Assembly (NCBI GenBank): GCA_963741205.1
Contig: CAVUHW010000008.1
Span: forward strand, 160,001 to 224,000
Direction of reading: 5' to 3'
Source of the DNA: Nitrospirota bacterium
GTDB taxonomy: Bacteria; Nitrospirota; UBA9217
DNA: 64,000 nucleotides
Positions within the stretch are counted from its first letter, which is position 1, and each line of letters opens with the position of its first letter. A program made the translations under genes and the position numbers. Below the pieces are notes generated by a model that saw only the letters and a list, made by a program, of their open reading frames with translations, was not told where the DNA came from and made no database searches. Below, in pieces: positions 11,659 to 21,984 of the stretch.

Positions 11659-12153
11659 TTACTCCGCCTTGCGAAATGCCTGCTTCTTTGCCCTGCAAAC
11701 GGGGCAATCATCCGGGGCCTCTCCCTCAACAGTATGGCCGCAGACCGAGCACACGTAATAATCGGTTGCCGCGTTCTTGCCGAGGTTTTCCAAGGCCTTT
11801 TTGTACAGGGCCGCGTGCACTTTTTCAACTTCATTCGCAAGACTGAAGCTTCGAACTGCATAGTCCTGACCTTCCGTCTTGGCGTCGTCTATCATCGGGG
11901 GATACATCTTCTGGAACTCATACGTTTCTCCGCTGATGGCGGCCATCAGGTTATCCCTGGTAGACTTGACTCCGGCGAGCGCCTTCAGATGGTTGTGAGC
12001 ATGGATGGTCTCCGCCGCGGCCGCTGCCCGAAACAGCTTCGCCACCTGTGCATAGCCTTCGTCCTCGGCCTTCTTGGCAAAGGCCAGGTATTTCCTGTTC
12101 GCCTGGGACTCGCCGGCGAACGCGTCCTGCAGGTTCTGCTCCGTCTTCGACAT
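11659..12153 (-). CDS. rbr: rubrerythrin
   Basis: AFAGESQANRKY, ETIHAHNH, GETYE and EKVH di-iron ligands; C-terminal CSVCG..CPVC rubredoxin domain. Confidence 0.95.
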   Translation of the reverse strand: MSKTEQNLQDAFAGESQANRKYLAFAKKAEDEGYAQVAKLFRAAAAAETIHAHNHLKALAGVKSTRDNLMAAISGETYEFQKMYPPMIDDAKTEGQDYAVRSFSLANEVEKVHAALYKKALENLGKNAATDYYVCSVCGHTVEGEAPDDCPVCRAKKQAFRKAE

Positions 12154-12170
12154 GGTAATATTTCTCCTTT

Positions 12171-12749
12171 CTATTTCATGCGTGATTCGACTGCCTGCCA
12201 GTTGATGTTCTTGAAAAACGCTTCAATATAGTCCGCCCTCTTCAGTCCGTAATCGAGCATAAAGGCATGCTCGAAGACGTCCATGATCAAAAGGGGCGTG
12301 CATCCCGCGGGATGGGAAACATCGTGCTCGTTCACCCAGAAATTGATGAATCGTCCCGATGCCGCGTCCCGGTAGAGGACCGTCCACCCGATGCCGCGCA
12401 TGGCGCCGGTAGCCCGGAAATCCTTTTCCCAGGCCTCGGCGCTCCCGAAGCTTGCGGCCAGGCTTTTGGCGAGCGCGCCACCCTTGTCCATGCCGCCCTT
12501 GCCGCCCAGATTTTCGAAATAGTATTCATGAAGCCGCATCCCGTTGAATTCCCAGCCGAGTCTGCGTTTGAGTTCCGCGAATTCCGGCGTCGCCGTCTTT
12601 CCGTCCTTGGCCATCTGGTCAAGGGTGTCGAGCACCTTGTTCGTGTTGGTGACATACCCCTGGTACAGCGTGAAATGGTTCTTCAAGAGCGTTTCGCTGA
12701 ATCCTTCCATCCCGATGAGCTTTGCGTAATCCTTTGCCGCATATGGCAT
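12171..12749 (-). CDS. sod: Fe/Mn superoxide dismutase family protein
   Basis: NHFTLYQGYV, LHEYYFENL and MDVFEHAFMLDY motifs. Confidence 0.88.
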   Translation of the reverse strand: MPYAAKDYAKLIGMEGFSETLLKNHFTLYQGYVTNTNKVLDTLDQMAKDGKTATPEFAELKRRLGWEFNGMRLHEYYFENLGGKGGMDKGGALAKSLAASFGSAEAWEKDFRATGAMRGIGWTVLYRDAASGRFINFWVNEHDVSHPAGCTPLLIMDVFEHAFMLDYGLKRADYIEAFFKNINWQAVESRMK

Positions 12750-12844
12750 GATGGTTTCCTCCCTGGTTGACTGAAGTTTTTTAGAACAATGGTATTAGTA
12801 TATCAAAAAGCGGGGCTCATTGAACTGAAAGGCGCGGATACAAG

Positions 12845-12890
12845 AAAAGGCAGCCGCGACTTTCCGGTTTTTTAACGCCGTGCGGCTGCC
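12845..12890 (-). terminator. possible terminator between the Zn-ribbon gene and sod
   Basis: GGCAGCCGC / GCGGCTGCC stem with a T run on the minus strand; the loop is unusually large. Confidence 0.4.
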
Positions 12891-12920
12891 CCATTTGTTC
12901 AAGGACGTATGTCTGTTATT

Positions 12921-13061
12921 TTAATGAATTGTTCGCTCTCTTTCGAAGACCCGGTATTGACAGAAAATGCACAGCGTCTCCGTTTCTTCCGACCAGAGTC
13001 CTACCTCGCCGCCGCATTTCGGACAGGTGGTGACGAGGTCAAGCACGCTGGCAAGCTCCAT
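12921..13061 (-). CDS. small zinc-ribbon protein
   Basis: 46 aa with CPKC and CIFC; in line with the perR operon. Confidence 0.55.
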   Translation of the reverse strand: MELASVLDLVTTCPKCGGEVGLWSEETETLCIFCQYRVFERERTIH

Positions 13062-13080
13062 TATGGATGACTTTTTTGTT

Positions 13081-13534
13081 TTATGCTTTGACAGGCTCCC
13101 TCTCATGTGCTTTCCTCCATCCTTCCTGTGCTAGCCGCGCCATCCGGCTGTTTCCCCAGGACTTGATTTCCTCGAAGTACCGTTTGCGGTCCGTCTTGGC
13201 AAGCCGGACCAGCTGTTCCCGTTCCCGAACGGAATCGATATGATCCGACGGGGTCACGCCCCTCCATGTGCAGTAACCCTCGTCAAAGATATATTCGGGG
13301 GACACTTGGTGGGGCAGGGGCTACCTTTTGCAGCATGCAGCGCGCCAAGTCCATATCGTAGGCAATGACCCACCCGTTATCGGAAAGCATGGTCGCGGGG
13401 TCAAAGGCGACCTCGCCCGAACACTCGGGACAGAACATCCCGGTGATGACTTCATGGGGAAGGACCTCATCTTTGAAATTAAAGCTTGCATGGTTCTTTC
13501 CACAAGAACAATGAATACTATGATCTATGCACAT
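13081..13534 (-). CDS. hypothetical Cys-rich protein (indel near 13310)
   Basis: MCIDHSIHCSCG..FCPECS..DNGWVIAYDM joins SPEYIFDEGYCTWRG..GWRKA; RBS AAGGAGG; overlaps the perR stop. Confidence 0.7.
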
Positions 13535-13955
13535 TGACAGCCTCCTTCGTTGTTTTATTCTTGTCCGTTTTACATTCCGGGCAGAGCCCGTAAAATTCCA
13601 CATGACTTTCAATGACCGCAAAATCCTGTTTTTCGACTTCGGGAAGGTCGAGATGGCGCTCGCCGGGAACATCGACGATCCGTTTGCAGGAAATGCAGAT
13701 CAAGTGGTTGTGTGGCCCGGTATCAGGGTCATATCGTTTTTTGTCCGGATCGAGCGTCAGCTCAATAACGTATCCCTTGTCCTTCAGGGCTGCAAGTGTG
13801 CTGTAGACCGTTGCCAGCGACATGGTCGGAAACTTATCATGCACGGCCCGGTAGATGTCGTCCGCAGAGGGATGCGCCTTGTTCCCCTGGAGATAATCCA
13901 GAATGGTCAGCCGCTGGGGCGTCAGTTTTAATCCGATGTCACGATAGTTTTCCAT
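13518..13955 (-). CDS. perR: Fur family peroxide-responsive repressor
   Basis: LKLTPQR, HPSADDIY, SLATVY, HNHLICISC and YGLCPEC motifs; heads a sod/rubrerythrin cluster. Confidence 0.85.
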   Translation of the reverse strand: MENYRDIGLKLTPQRLTILDYLQGNKAHPSADDIYRAVHDKFPTMSLATVYSTLAALKDKGYVIELTLDPDKKRYDPDTGPHNHLICISCKRIVDVPGERHLDLPEVEKQDFAVIESHVEFYGLCPECKTDKNKTTKEAVNVHRS

Positions 13956-13977
13956 AAAGTTTACTAACTTGTAACCG

Positions 13978-14021
13978 ATTATAATATAGAAACTATTACT
14001 TGTCAATAGTAATTATTAGTT
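13978..14021 (-). promoter_or_regulatory. consensus sigma70 promoter of perR, overlapped by AT-rich Per-box-like operators
   Basis: Minus-strand TTGACA (14006-14001), 17 nt spacer, TATAAT (13983-13978). An imperfect palindrome AATAGTAATTATTAGTT starts at 14005, and a related half-site lies in the spacer. Confidence 0.8.
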
Positions 14022-14156
14022 AATTTCTGTTATCATTCGTTCATGGCGGATGGAGATGGGCGGATGGCAGGTACATGCTGGAATGCATTTTGTGTGACCA
14101 TGTACCCGACTCATTTGTATATCAGCATGCAGTTGAGCGTATTTAACATCATATAT

Positions 14157-14187
14157 TGCCTATTAATTAATCATGTGCCTAAATTAT
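14157..14187. promoter_or_regulatory. candidate NtrC-type enhancer upstream of amt-2
   Basis: TGCCTATTAATTAATCATGTGCCTAAATTAT is collinear with the 5732 block. Confidence 0.55.
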
Positions 14188-14289
14188 CAGCTTTAAGAAT
14201 TGCGGAGATGATACGGTGTCACATATTTTACAGGCACTAATAGAACCACCAAATCAACGAGTTAATGTAATCTCAGGTGCCTATATGAG

Positions 14290-14305
14290 TGGCACAGGCC
14301 TTGCT
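14290..14305 (+). promoter_or_regulatory. sigma54 -24/-12 promoter of amt-2
   Basis: TGGCACAGGCCTTGCT matches the TGGCAC-N5-TTGCW consensus. Confidence 0.9.
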
Positions 14306-14529
14306 ACTCAAGTATAGAGATACTTTTCCTGAGGCAATCTATTCAGAATACTCCGTAGACGACAGTGGGGAGGTGGTGAACCGATTCGAGCTGCTTGAGC
14401 GCTCAGATTTGTCGTACATCGTGCATCACAGCCGGAAGACTCCATGTCCCACGCGGTCCGGGTTCATGAATGTTCTTTGAAAACCTGATTTTTACAATCT
14501 GATTACTTAAACAGGGAGGATAGTGTTCA

Positions 14530-15879
14530 ATGGATGAAAGACGTTTTTCAGAATCATTGCGGCTCGTGCTGCTCTCACTGGCGGTATTCTTGCCGCTTGC
14601 AGCCATGGCCCAGGACGCAGTTTCCGCTTCACCGTCGCAGTTCCGGCGGCAAAAATTGATACCGGCGATACGGCCTGGATCCTCGTTTCAACTGCCCTCG
14701 TGATGCTCATGACGCCGGGGCTCGCCATGTTTTACGGCGGCATGGTGCGAAGGAAGAACGTGCTCGGGACGATCATGCACAGTTTCATCGCTATTGCGCT
14801 GGTCAGTCTGCAGTGGATTTTGTTCGGGTACTCGCTCTCGTTCGGTCCCGACGTCAAGGGACTGATCGGGAGACTTCAGCTGGGCCGGGTTGGCCGGCGT
14901 CGGCCTGACACCGAACGCGGATTATGCGCCCACCATCCCCCATCTCCTTGTTCATGGCTGTACCAGATGATGTTCGCGGTGATCACGCCCGCGCTTATCA
15001 GCGGCGCGGTGGCGGAGCGGATGAAGTTTTCCACGTTCTTATTTTTACTCTTGCCTGGACCACGATCGTGTACGATCCCGTGGCCCACTGGGTCTGGGGG
15101 ACGGGCGGATGGCTCAAGAACCTCGGGGTACTCGATTTCGCCGGCGGCATCGTGGTGCATGCGACCTCCGGTTTTTCGGCGCTGGCGGCCGCGCTCTACA
15201 TAGGGAAGCGGAAGGGTTTCCTGCACGAGCATATGCCGCCCCATAATCTGCCGATGACGGTGCTCGGGGCGGGGCTTTTGTGGTTCGGCTGGTTCGGGTT
15301 TAACGCCGGGAGCGCCTTGTCGTCGGGGACCCTGGCGACCATGGCGTTCCTGACGACCCATATCGCCGCCTCGTCCGCGACGGTAACGTGGGTGATCGTT
15401 GAATGGCTCCACCGCGGCAAACCGACGATGTTCGGGGCCGCAACGGGCTCCATCGCGGGGCTCGCCACGATCACCCCCGCGGCGGGATTTGTCGGGCCCT
15501 TTCCGGCGCTTTGCATCGGAGTTGCGGCGGGCATCCTCTGCTACATTGCACTTCAATGCAAAGTCGCACTTCGCGTACGACGATTCCCTCGACGCCTTCG
15601 GCGTGCACGGCGTGGGCGGGACGCTCGGGACGCTCATGGCCGGCCTGTTTGCCTCCGTCGCCATCAACGCCGCGGGCGCGAATGGAATGTTCTTCGGGAA
15701 CGCGAAGCAGTTCTTCATCCAGGCGGGAGCAGTGGCCCTGGTCGCACTCTATTCGTTCGTCGCCAGCTTCGTGATGCTGAAGGTTCTTGATGCGGCGATG
15801 GGCCTGCGGATTCGAAGCTGAGCAGGAGACCGAGGGACTCGACATCAGCCAGCACGGCGAGGCGGGGTACGCGCTGTAG
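14530..15879 (+). CDS. amtB: second ammonium transporter (several indels)
   Basis: [61 protein letters not shown] and GLDISQHGEAGY motifs. Confidence 0.93.
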
Positions 15880-15983
15880 AAGATGTGATTTATAGCCTCG
15901 GAGAACGCAGGGGATATGGAAGTCGGTCGCAAATTCTGAGCGATCCTTTTCCTCCGCTCCCCGATCTTCGGTGACAGTCTAGT

Positions 15984-16855
15984 TTATGCCGTTTTGCGCT
16001 GCACGAGATAAACGCCGGCGAGAATTGCCGCTCCGCCGGCAATCTGGAGGGCGGCGATCTTCTCGCCCGCGGCGAGGACCGCGAAGAGGACCGCCGCGAA
16101 GGGCATGACGTAGTGATACACAATGGTCCGGGTGACGCCGATCTGTTTCACTCCCCGGTACCAGAGGGCGTAGGCAGCTCCTCCCGCGATGAAGGCGGAA
16201 AACGCCGTGGCGGACCATGAGAAGACCGGAAATGGCGGTCCAGCGCTGGCTGATCAATCCCGGCAGGCTCAGGGGCAGAAGCAGGACGCATCCGGCGAAC
16301 ATGCTGTAGGAGGCGATCTTGACGGCGGAATATTTTTCCAGCAGAGGCCTTGCGGACGCGGTATAGACCGCCCAGGTGAGAGGCGCGCCGAGGGTCAACA
16401 GATCCCCGGCGATTCCCGCGGAGGAGAAACCCGGCGTCGCCGTAGTGACTCCTGATGATGAGGAAGACACCGGCGGTCGAGAGCGCAAGGCCCGCGCCGG
16501 CGCGCACGGTCAGGCGTTCCTTGCCCCATGCGGCGCTGATCAGCGCACCGAACAGCGGCGACAGGGATACGAGGAGCGCCGAATTCGCGACGGTCGTGTA
16601 CTTGAGGCCGTACATGAAAAAGATGTTGAACAGGGTGATGCCGATGAACCCGAGCTTGATGATGGCGAAACGGTCCCCGCGTTCGATGGCGAGCGGCTCC
16701 CGCGTGACGAGCATCACGGCGATGAGAAAAACGGCCGCAAGGCCGAAGCGGATCATGGTGAAACCCAGAGGATGAAAGTCCGCGAGCGCCAACTTTACGG
16801 CCGAGAAATTGACGCCCCAGACGACGGCGACGAATAGGAGACGGAGATCGAACAT
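15984..16855 (-). CDS. DMT/EamA family transporter (indels)
   Basis: VWGVNF..RFGLA..GLKYTTVANSALLVSLSPL; a second EamA repeat with WAVYT continues in another frame. Confidence 0.85.
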
Positions 16856-16863
16856 AATTTCTG

Positions 16864-16958
16864 AACGCGGAATACGGAAGGCGGAACAAAAATCGGAAGA
16901 ATAGAAGGCTGCTCTACCTGTTTTTCATTCCGAAATCCGCAAGCTGCAATCCGCAATT
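16864..16958. repeat. 7-bp-periodic inverted repeat element (GCGGAAT / ATCCGCA type)
   Basis: ACGCGGAATACGGAAGGCGGAA ... TTCCGAAATCCGCAAGCTGCAATCCGCAAT. Confidence 0.6.
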
Positions 16959-17016
16959 GAAACAACTATACCGGAAAGAGCTTGAATACTCAAATATATT
17001 GTGTTATCAATGAAGC

Positions 17017-18135
17017 ATGGAAGCGCCCAGTCACCGAATAGAGGATATCGCCGCGGACATCCTGACCGGGATCATCGACGGCGTGGTTGTCACCGATGTC
17101 GAGGGACGCGTGCTCATCTGGAACCGGGCGGCCGAGGAATTGACAGGGATCGCCGGGTCCGACGCCGTCGGGAAGCACCTGCGGGCCGTCCTGTCGGAGA
17201 ACCCGGCCGTGGTGGGGCAGGTTGAAAAAACCGTTGCCTCGGGAAGGTCCTATTCCGACTATGAGGCAGAGATCGCGGTAAGGCACGGTCCTCAGCAGCC
17301 CGTAGGTCTGGTTACGAGCATGCTGACGGACGAGATGGGCAGACCCACGGGCGTGATCCTCACCATCCGCGACCAGACAGGCGTCCGGGACCTGAAGGAG
17401 CGTATGCGCAGGTCGGACCGTCTGGCCACGCTCGGCATGATCGCGGCCGGCATCGCGCACGAGGTGAAAAACCCGCTTGCCGGGATCCGCGGCGCCGCGC
17501 AGCTCATGAAGTCGGACATCCGGTCCGGAAGCCAGGAGTGTCCGGGCGCCGGCAAGAGCCTGACCGAATATCTCGACGTGATCCTGAAGGAGTCGGACCG
17601 CCTGAACAAGGTGCTGGAAGGAATCCTCGATTTCACGCGGCTCAAACCCCGCGAGGCGAAGGCTTCGAACATCCACAGCATTCTGGACCGCGTGCTGCTC
17701 CTGAACGAGGAGAGCGCGCGGCAGCGCGGCATCGTGCTTACCAGGCTCTATGACCCGAGTCTGCCCGAGGTCTACGGCAGCGAAGACCAGCTCATTCAGG
17801 TTTTTTTGAACATCATCAAGAACGCCGTGGAGGCCATGCCCAGGGGCGGGAAGCTTACCGTCATGACGCGCATGTCTGACCTGTTCACGACCGTGCAGTC
17901 CGATGGCAGGAAATACCAGCTCATGGTGGTGAAGGTGAGCGACACGGGCCAGGGGATCAAGCAGGAACATCTGCAGGACATCTTCACACCCTTCTTCACG
18001 ACCAAGGACCGGGGCGTGGGCCTGGGGCTGGCGCTCTCGTACCAGATCGTGCAGGAGCACCTGGGAACGATCCGGGTCGAGAGCCAGGAGAACGAGGGCA
18101 CGACGTTCAGCGTGTATTTGCCGCTGGCGGGGTGA
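17017..18135 (+). CDS. ntrB: PAS sensor histidine kinase, NtrB-like
   Basis: PAS domain (IWNRAAEELTG), H-box IAHEVKNPLAGIRGAAQL, N-box NIIKNAVEAM, DTGQGI, FFTTK and GLGL motifs. Confidence 0.85.
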   Translation: MEAPSHRIEDIAADILTGIIDGVVVTDVEGRVLIWNRAAEELTGIAGSDAVGKHLRAVLSENPAVVGQVEKTVASGRSYSDYEAEIAVRHGPQQPVGLVTSMLTDEMGRPTGVILTIRDQTGVRDLKERMRRSDRLATLGMIAAGIAHEVKNPLAGIRGAAQLMKSDIRSGSQECPGAGKSLTEYLDVILKESDRLNKVLEGILDFTRLKPREAKASNIHSILDRVLLLNEESARQRGIVLTRLYDPSLPEVYGSEDQLIQVFLNIIKNAVEAMPRGGKLTVMTRMSDLFTTVQSDGRKYQLMVVKVSDTGQGIKQEHLQDIFTPFFTTKDRGVGLGLALSYQIVQEHLGTIRVESQENEGTTFSVYLPLAG

Positions 18136-18210
18136 GGCGCATAGTGCATGGCGCAAAGCGCATAGCGTAAAAGTCTTAAACGCCATGCGCTATGCGCTCA
18201 GCGCTATGCG
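18136..18210. repeat. 7-bp-periodic inverted repeat element (GCGCATA / TATGCGC type)
   Basis: GGCGCATAGTGCATGGCGCAAAGCGCATAGCGT ... ACGCCATGCGCTATGCGCTCAGCGCTATGCG fills the ntrB-ntrC gap. Confidence 0.75.
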
Positions 18211-18223
18211 AATTTAATGCATT

Positions 18224-19680
18224 ATGACCAATGAACGAGTACTCATAGCCGACGACGACGAGAGCCTCCGGTGGGTGCTCAAGAAGGCCCTCGAAAAAGA
18301 GGGCATCGAGACGGCCCTTGCCAAGGACGGCAACGAGGCGCTTGAGCGGCTCAAAGAAGGCGATATCTCGATCGTGCTGATGGACATCCGCATGCCCGGG
18401 ATGGGAGGGTTCGAGGCCCTCGACAAGATCCGGTCCTCGGGTGACGGACCGTCGGTCATCATCATGACCGGCCAGGCCACGATGCAGAACGCCATTGAAG
18501 CCATGCGCCGCGGCGCCTTCGACTACATCACCAAGCCCTTTGACCTCGACGAGGTGAACATCCTCGTCCGGAAGGCGCATTGAGGTCAGGCGTCTGTCGC
18601 AGGAAGTGAACCGCGCTCCGTGCCGAGGTGCGGGAAAAGTACGAGGGCGGGCTCGTGGGCAACACGGCCGCCATGCAGGAGATCTACAAGACCATCGGCC
18701 GCGTCGCGGAGAGCGACGCGACGGTCCTGATCCACGGCGAGAGCGGCACGGGCAAGGAGCTTGTGGCCCGGGCCATTCACTACCACAGCAAGCGGGCCGG
18801 CCGGCCCTTCGTGGCCGTGAACTCCGCGGCCATCCCGTCGGAGCTCCTGGAGAGCGAGCTCTTCGGCCATGAGAAAGGCGCCTTTACCGGCGCGGTCGCC
18901 CGCAAGATCGGCAAGTTCGAGGCGGCGGCGGGCGGGACCCTGTTTCTGGACGAGATCGGCGACATGAACCTGCCGCTCCAGGGCAAGCTTTTGCGCGTGC
19001 TGCAGGAGAAGGAGTTCGAGCGCGTGGGCGGCACCGAGCCGATCAAGACGGATGTGCGCGTCCTGGCCGCGACCCACCATAACCTCGAAAAGATGGTTCA
19101 CGAGAAACGTTTCCGCGAGGACCTGTTCTACCGTCTGAACGTGATCCAGATCAACATCCCGCCGCTCAGGAAGCGCAAGGACGACATCGTCGCGCTGGCC
19201 GAGTTCTTCATGCAGAAATACCAGGGCGGCGACGCGAAGAAGAAGGTCCTGACCCCCGAGACGCTCAAGATCCTCCGCGCCTATGACTGGCCGGGAAACG
19301 TGCGCGAGCTGGAGAACGCCGTTCAGCGCGCCATCACCCTGTCCCAGGGCGATAAGATATTTCCCGACTCTTTGCCGCCGCAGATTTTCAAGCCCGGTCA
19401 GGGCGCGCACTTATCCTTCGAAAATTTTCTCGAAGAGAAGCTCGCCGACCTCGTGGAGCGAATGGGCGGGCTCGAGCGGGGCGACATCTATTCCCTGGTG
19501 CTCCACCGCGTGGAAAAGCCGCTCATCACCCTGGTTCTCAAAAAGACCGACGGCAACCAGGTCCGCGCCGCCCACCTCTTAGGCATCAACCGCAACACCC
19601 TCCGGAAGAAGATCAAGGAACTGGCGATCAAGGGGCCCTTCAGCGCTGAGGAGGAAGAGGGAACGGAAGAGGAAGAGTGA
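18224..19680 (+). CDS. ntrC: sigma54-dependent response regulator NtrC (indel near 18580)
   Basis: Receiver domain (ADDD, MDIRMP, KPFD); AAA+ domain [20 protein letters not shown] and WPGNVREL; Fis [24 protein letters not shown]. Confidence 0.9.
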
Positions 19681-19687
19681 GGCGCGT

Positions 19688-21142
19688 TCAGATCCTGTCC
19701 AGTAATGCCGTCATGCGATGCAGTTCCTTCCAGCGTCTATAGCGTTTTTCCACGCCCGCATTTGCCCGCCCTGTTACGGTCTCTCCCGGCATGGTCATGT
19801 TGCTAATGCTCTCCGCTGACCAGGCGCCTTGTTCCAGGCCCGCCAGGAGCGCGGCGCCCCGGGCCGAGATTTCCTGCTCGCTGCTTACGCGGAGGTCTTT
19901 CCGCAGAAGATCTGCCTGGACCTGGACAAGGTAGGAGAGCGAGGACAGCCCTCCGGAAAGTAAGAACCGCGACGGTTTGATGCCTGCCGACCCCACCGCC
20001 TCCGCGATGTCGTTCATAAAGAACGCGATGCCTTCAACGGTCCCTCGTACGATGTCCGCAGCCGTGGTCCGCCCGGTCATACCGTGTAGAGAGCTCGAAA
20101 TGTCCGTTTCCCAATGCGGAGCGCCGGTCCCGTTCAAGCCGATAAAGACAACCGCGTCGGATGCCGCCTTCCAGCACAGGTCGTCCACCTCATCGTATCC
20201 CGAAATAAGGCCGAAATTCTCCTTAAGCCATGCGAGGGCATCACCCGCGGCGTTGACGCTCCCTTCGAGAAGATAGCGGTTCCCGTCCTTCGAGGAGCGC
20301 AGGACCGAGGCCATTAATGACTGAGTTCTTATAAGGTCTTTCCCTGTGTTGACCAGGAGAAAGCCCCCCGTGCCGAAGTTGATGACGCCGGCGTCCTTTT
20401 CCAGCGCCCCGAGCCCGATCATGGCGGCCTGCTGGTCCCCCACGCAGGCGATAAGAGGGGCGTCTCCGGCCGCGGTCCTGACCGTACCAAAGGGACCCGC
20501 GGTCGGCCGGAGCTTCGGCAGATTGATCCGTCCGAGGCCGAAGAGGTCCTTGAGTTCGTCATCCCAGGCGAGAGATTGGATGTTCATCAGGAGGGTCCTG
20601 GCGGCGCTTGCGTGGTCTATCAGGGCGCGTTGCCCTTCTGTCAAGCGCTGGACAAGAAAACTGCTGAGCGTGCCGAACACCGTCGAGGCCTGCATGGCAT
20701 CGGGGTGATGGTCTTTGAGCCAGCGGAATTTGGTCGCGGAATAGTAGGAGGTGAGCGGAAGCCCCGTTTTTTCGAAAATAAATTCCTTCCGGTCCGTCAA
20801 GTGCCGCGCCAGCTCCTGTCCCCGCGTGTCCCTCCAGCTCAGGACCGGAGAAAGGGGCTGACCCGTGTCTTCATTCCAGATGAGGCATGACGAACGCTGG
20901 CAGGAGAGGCCGATGCCGGGAACGGCAAAATTTGAAGACCGGGCGTATTCCATGGACGCCCGAAGAACTTCCTGCGCCGATGCCAGGATCTCGAGGGGGT
21001 CCTGTTCGACGAGCGGGCCTTCGCGAAATGGGGCCTGCAGTTCTCGCCGGTCCTGGAACAGAACCGCGCCCCCGGCATCCAGGACCACCGCCTTGGTCGA
21101 GCTGCTTCCCTGGTCGATACCTATGAATGCCTTGTCAGCCAA
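19688..21142 (-). CDS. FGGY family carbohydrate kinase (glycerol kinase-like)
   Basis: GIDQGSSSTK, CQRSS, SWRDTR, GDQQAA, FGTGGF, GAPHW and SARGAALLAG motifs. Confidence 0.85.
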   Translation of the reverse strand: MADKAFIGIDQGSSSTKAVVLDAGGAVLFQDRRELQAPFREGPLVEQDPLEILASAQEVLRASMEYARSSNFAVPGIGLSCQRSSCLIWNEDTGQPLSPVLSWRDTRGQELARHLTDRKEFIFEKTGLPLTSYYSATKFRWLKDHHPDAMQASTVFGTLSSFLVQRLTEGQRALIDHASAARTLLMNIQSLAWDDELKDLFGLGRINLPKLRPTAGPFGTVRTAAGDAPLIACVGDQQAAMIGLGALEKDAGVINFGTGGFLLVNTGKDLIRTQSLMASVLRSSKDGNRYLLEGSVNAAGDALAWLKENFGLISGYDEVDDLCWKAASDAVVFIGLNGTGAPHWETDISSSLHGMTGRTTAADIVRGTVEGIAFFMNDIAEAVGSAGIKPSRFLLSGGLSSLSYLVQVQADLLRKDLRVSSEQEISARGAALLAGLEQGAWSAESISNMTMPGETVTGRANAGVEKRYRRWKELHRMTALLDRI

Positions 21143-21277
21143 GAATGATCACCGCCTGGAACGGCCATCAGCAGTTCACGCTGATGTTTTAATTTTTTTT
21201 GAAGTTTGTCCGGGTGTGATGATAACGGCACATCGTAGAGTGTCAGGGTAGTGGGTTCTGTCCGCCGCCAACAGCAG

Positions 21278-21949
21278 TTATTTTGTTTTCTCCGTTTTCA
21301 CCGAAGCATCGAAGCGTTTCAGGTAGTCGCTTGCAAACTTCTCGGCGTCGCACCGGAGGACTTTTGCGTACAGACAGAGGAAACCCCGGATATACGTCCT
21401 CGCGGGCAGCTTCCGGAAATTTTCTTCCTCGATGAATTCCAGGTACCGTATGCTCACCCTCGTCAAGTCCGCAATGGCCCGCAGGGTCTGCCCGCTCTGC
21501 TCCCGCAGGGCCTTGATGGCGGGACCGGTAAATTCTCCGGTGAATTCACAGACCGGCTTCGCCTCTTCAGGCGCCAAGCCGCGCATCTGCAGCGGGACGG
21601 AGGCGAGACCGGAGAGGCGCGTCGTGTCCACCGGCGGCGCCACCTGCTGCACGGGCTCGGCGGGGCTGGATTGCGGAGGGAGGGAAGCCTCCGGTTCAGG
21701 TACTTCGCCCCTCAACGAGATGTCGTATTGCCTGCGGTTGTCCTCGTACAGGAGCGTGCGGTATGCTTCTTCGAGCCTCAGTTGCACCGCGGCGGTTTCT
21801 TCAGGACTAAAGAGCGAGTAAAGGGCGATGGAGTTCGGGTCGTAGATCTTCCTCAGCCGTTCATAGGCCTTGTGAATCTCCTGGGTCGTGGCCGTGGGGC
21901 TCACTTCCAGCAGTTCGTAGAAATTCAGGTCTTCTATTTTTTTAATCAT
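21278..21949 (-). CDS. J-like domain plus C-terminal RodZ/XRE-type HTH protein
   Basis: NFYELLEVSPTATTQEIHKAY..EAYRTL..RRQYD; C-terminal ALREQSGQTLRAIADLTRVSIRYLEFIEEENFRKLPARTYIRGFL. Confidence 0.8.
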   Translation of the reverse strand: MIKKIEDLNFYELLEVSPTATTQEIHKAYERLRKIYDPNSIALYSLFSPEETAAVQLRLEEAYRTLLYEDNRRQYDISLRGEVPEPEASLPPQSSPAEPVQQVAPPVDTTRLSGLASVPLQMRGLAPEEAKPVCEFTGEFTGPAIKALREQSGQTLRAIADLTRVSIRYLEFIEEENFRKLPARTYIRGFLCLYAKVLRCDAEKFASDYLKRFDASVKTEKTK

Positions 21950-21984
21950 GAAGCCACTCCTCAAGGCCTGCAAGCATGCGGGCG

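Noticed and set aside
14289-14480. 63-aa ORF upstream of amt-2
   Set aside because: Its GTG start lies inside the sigma54 -24 box. The internal GTG is only 2 nt from the SD-like sequence.
14470-14490. boxA-like motif as a sign of an rRNA operon
   Set aside because: No rRNA sequence follows; an amt gene does.
19688-21142. Assigning glpK
   Set aside because: It is clearly FGGY family but divergent, with no glpF or glpD context, so the substrate cannot be supported.
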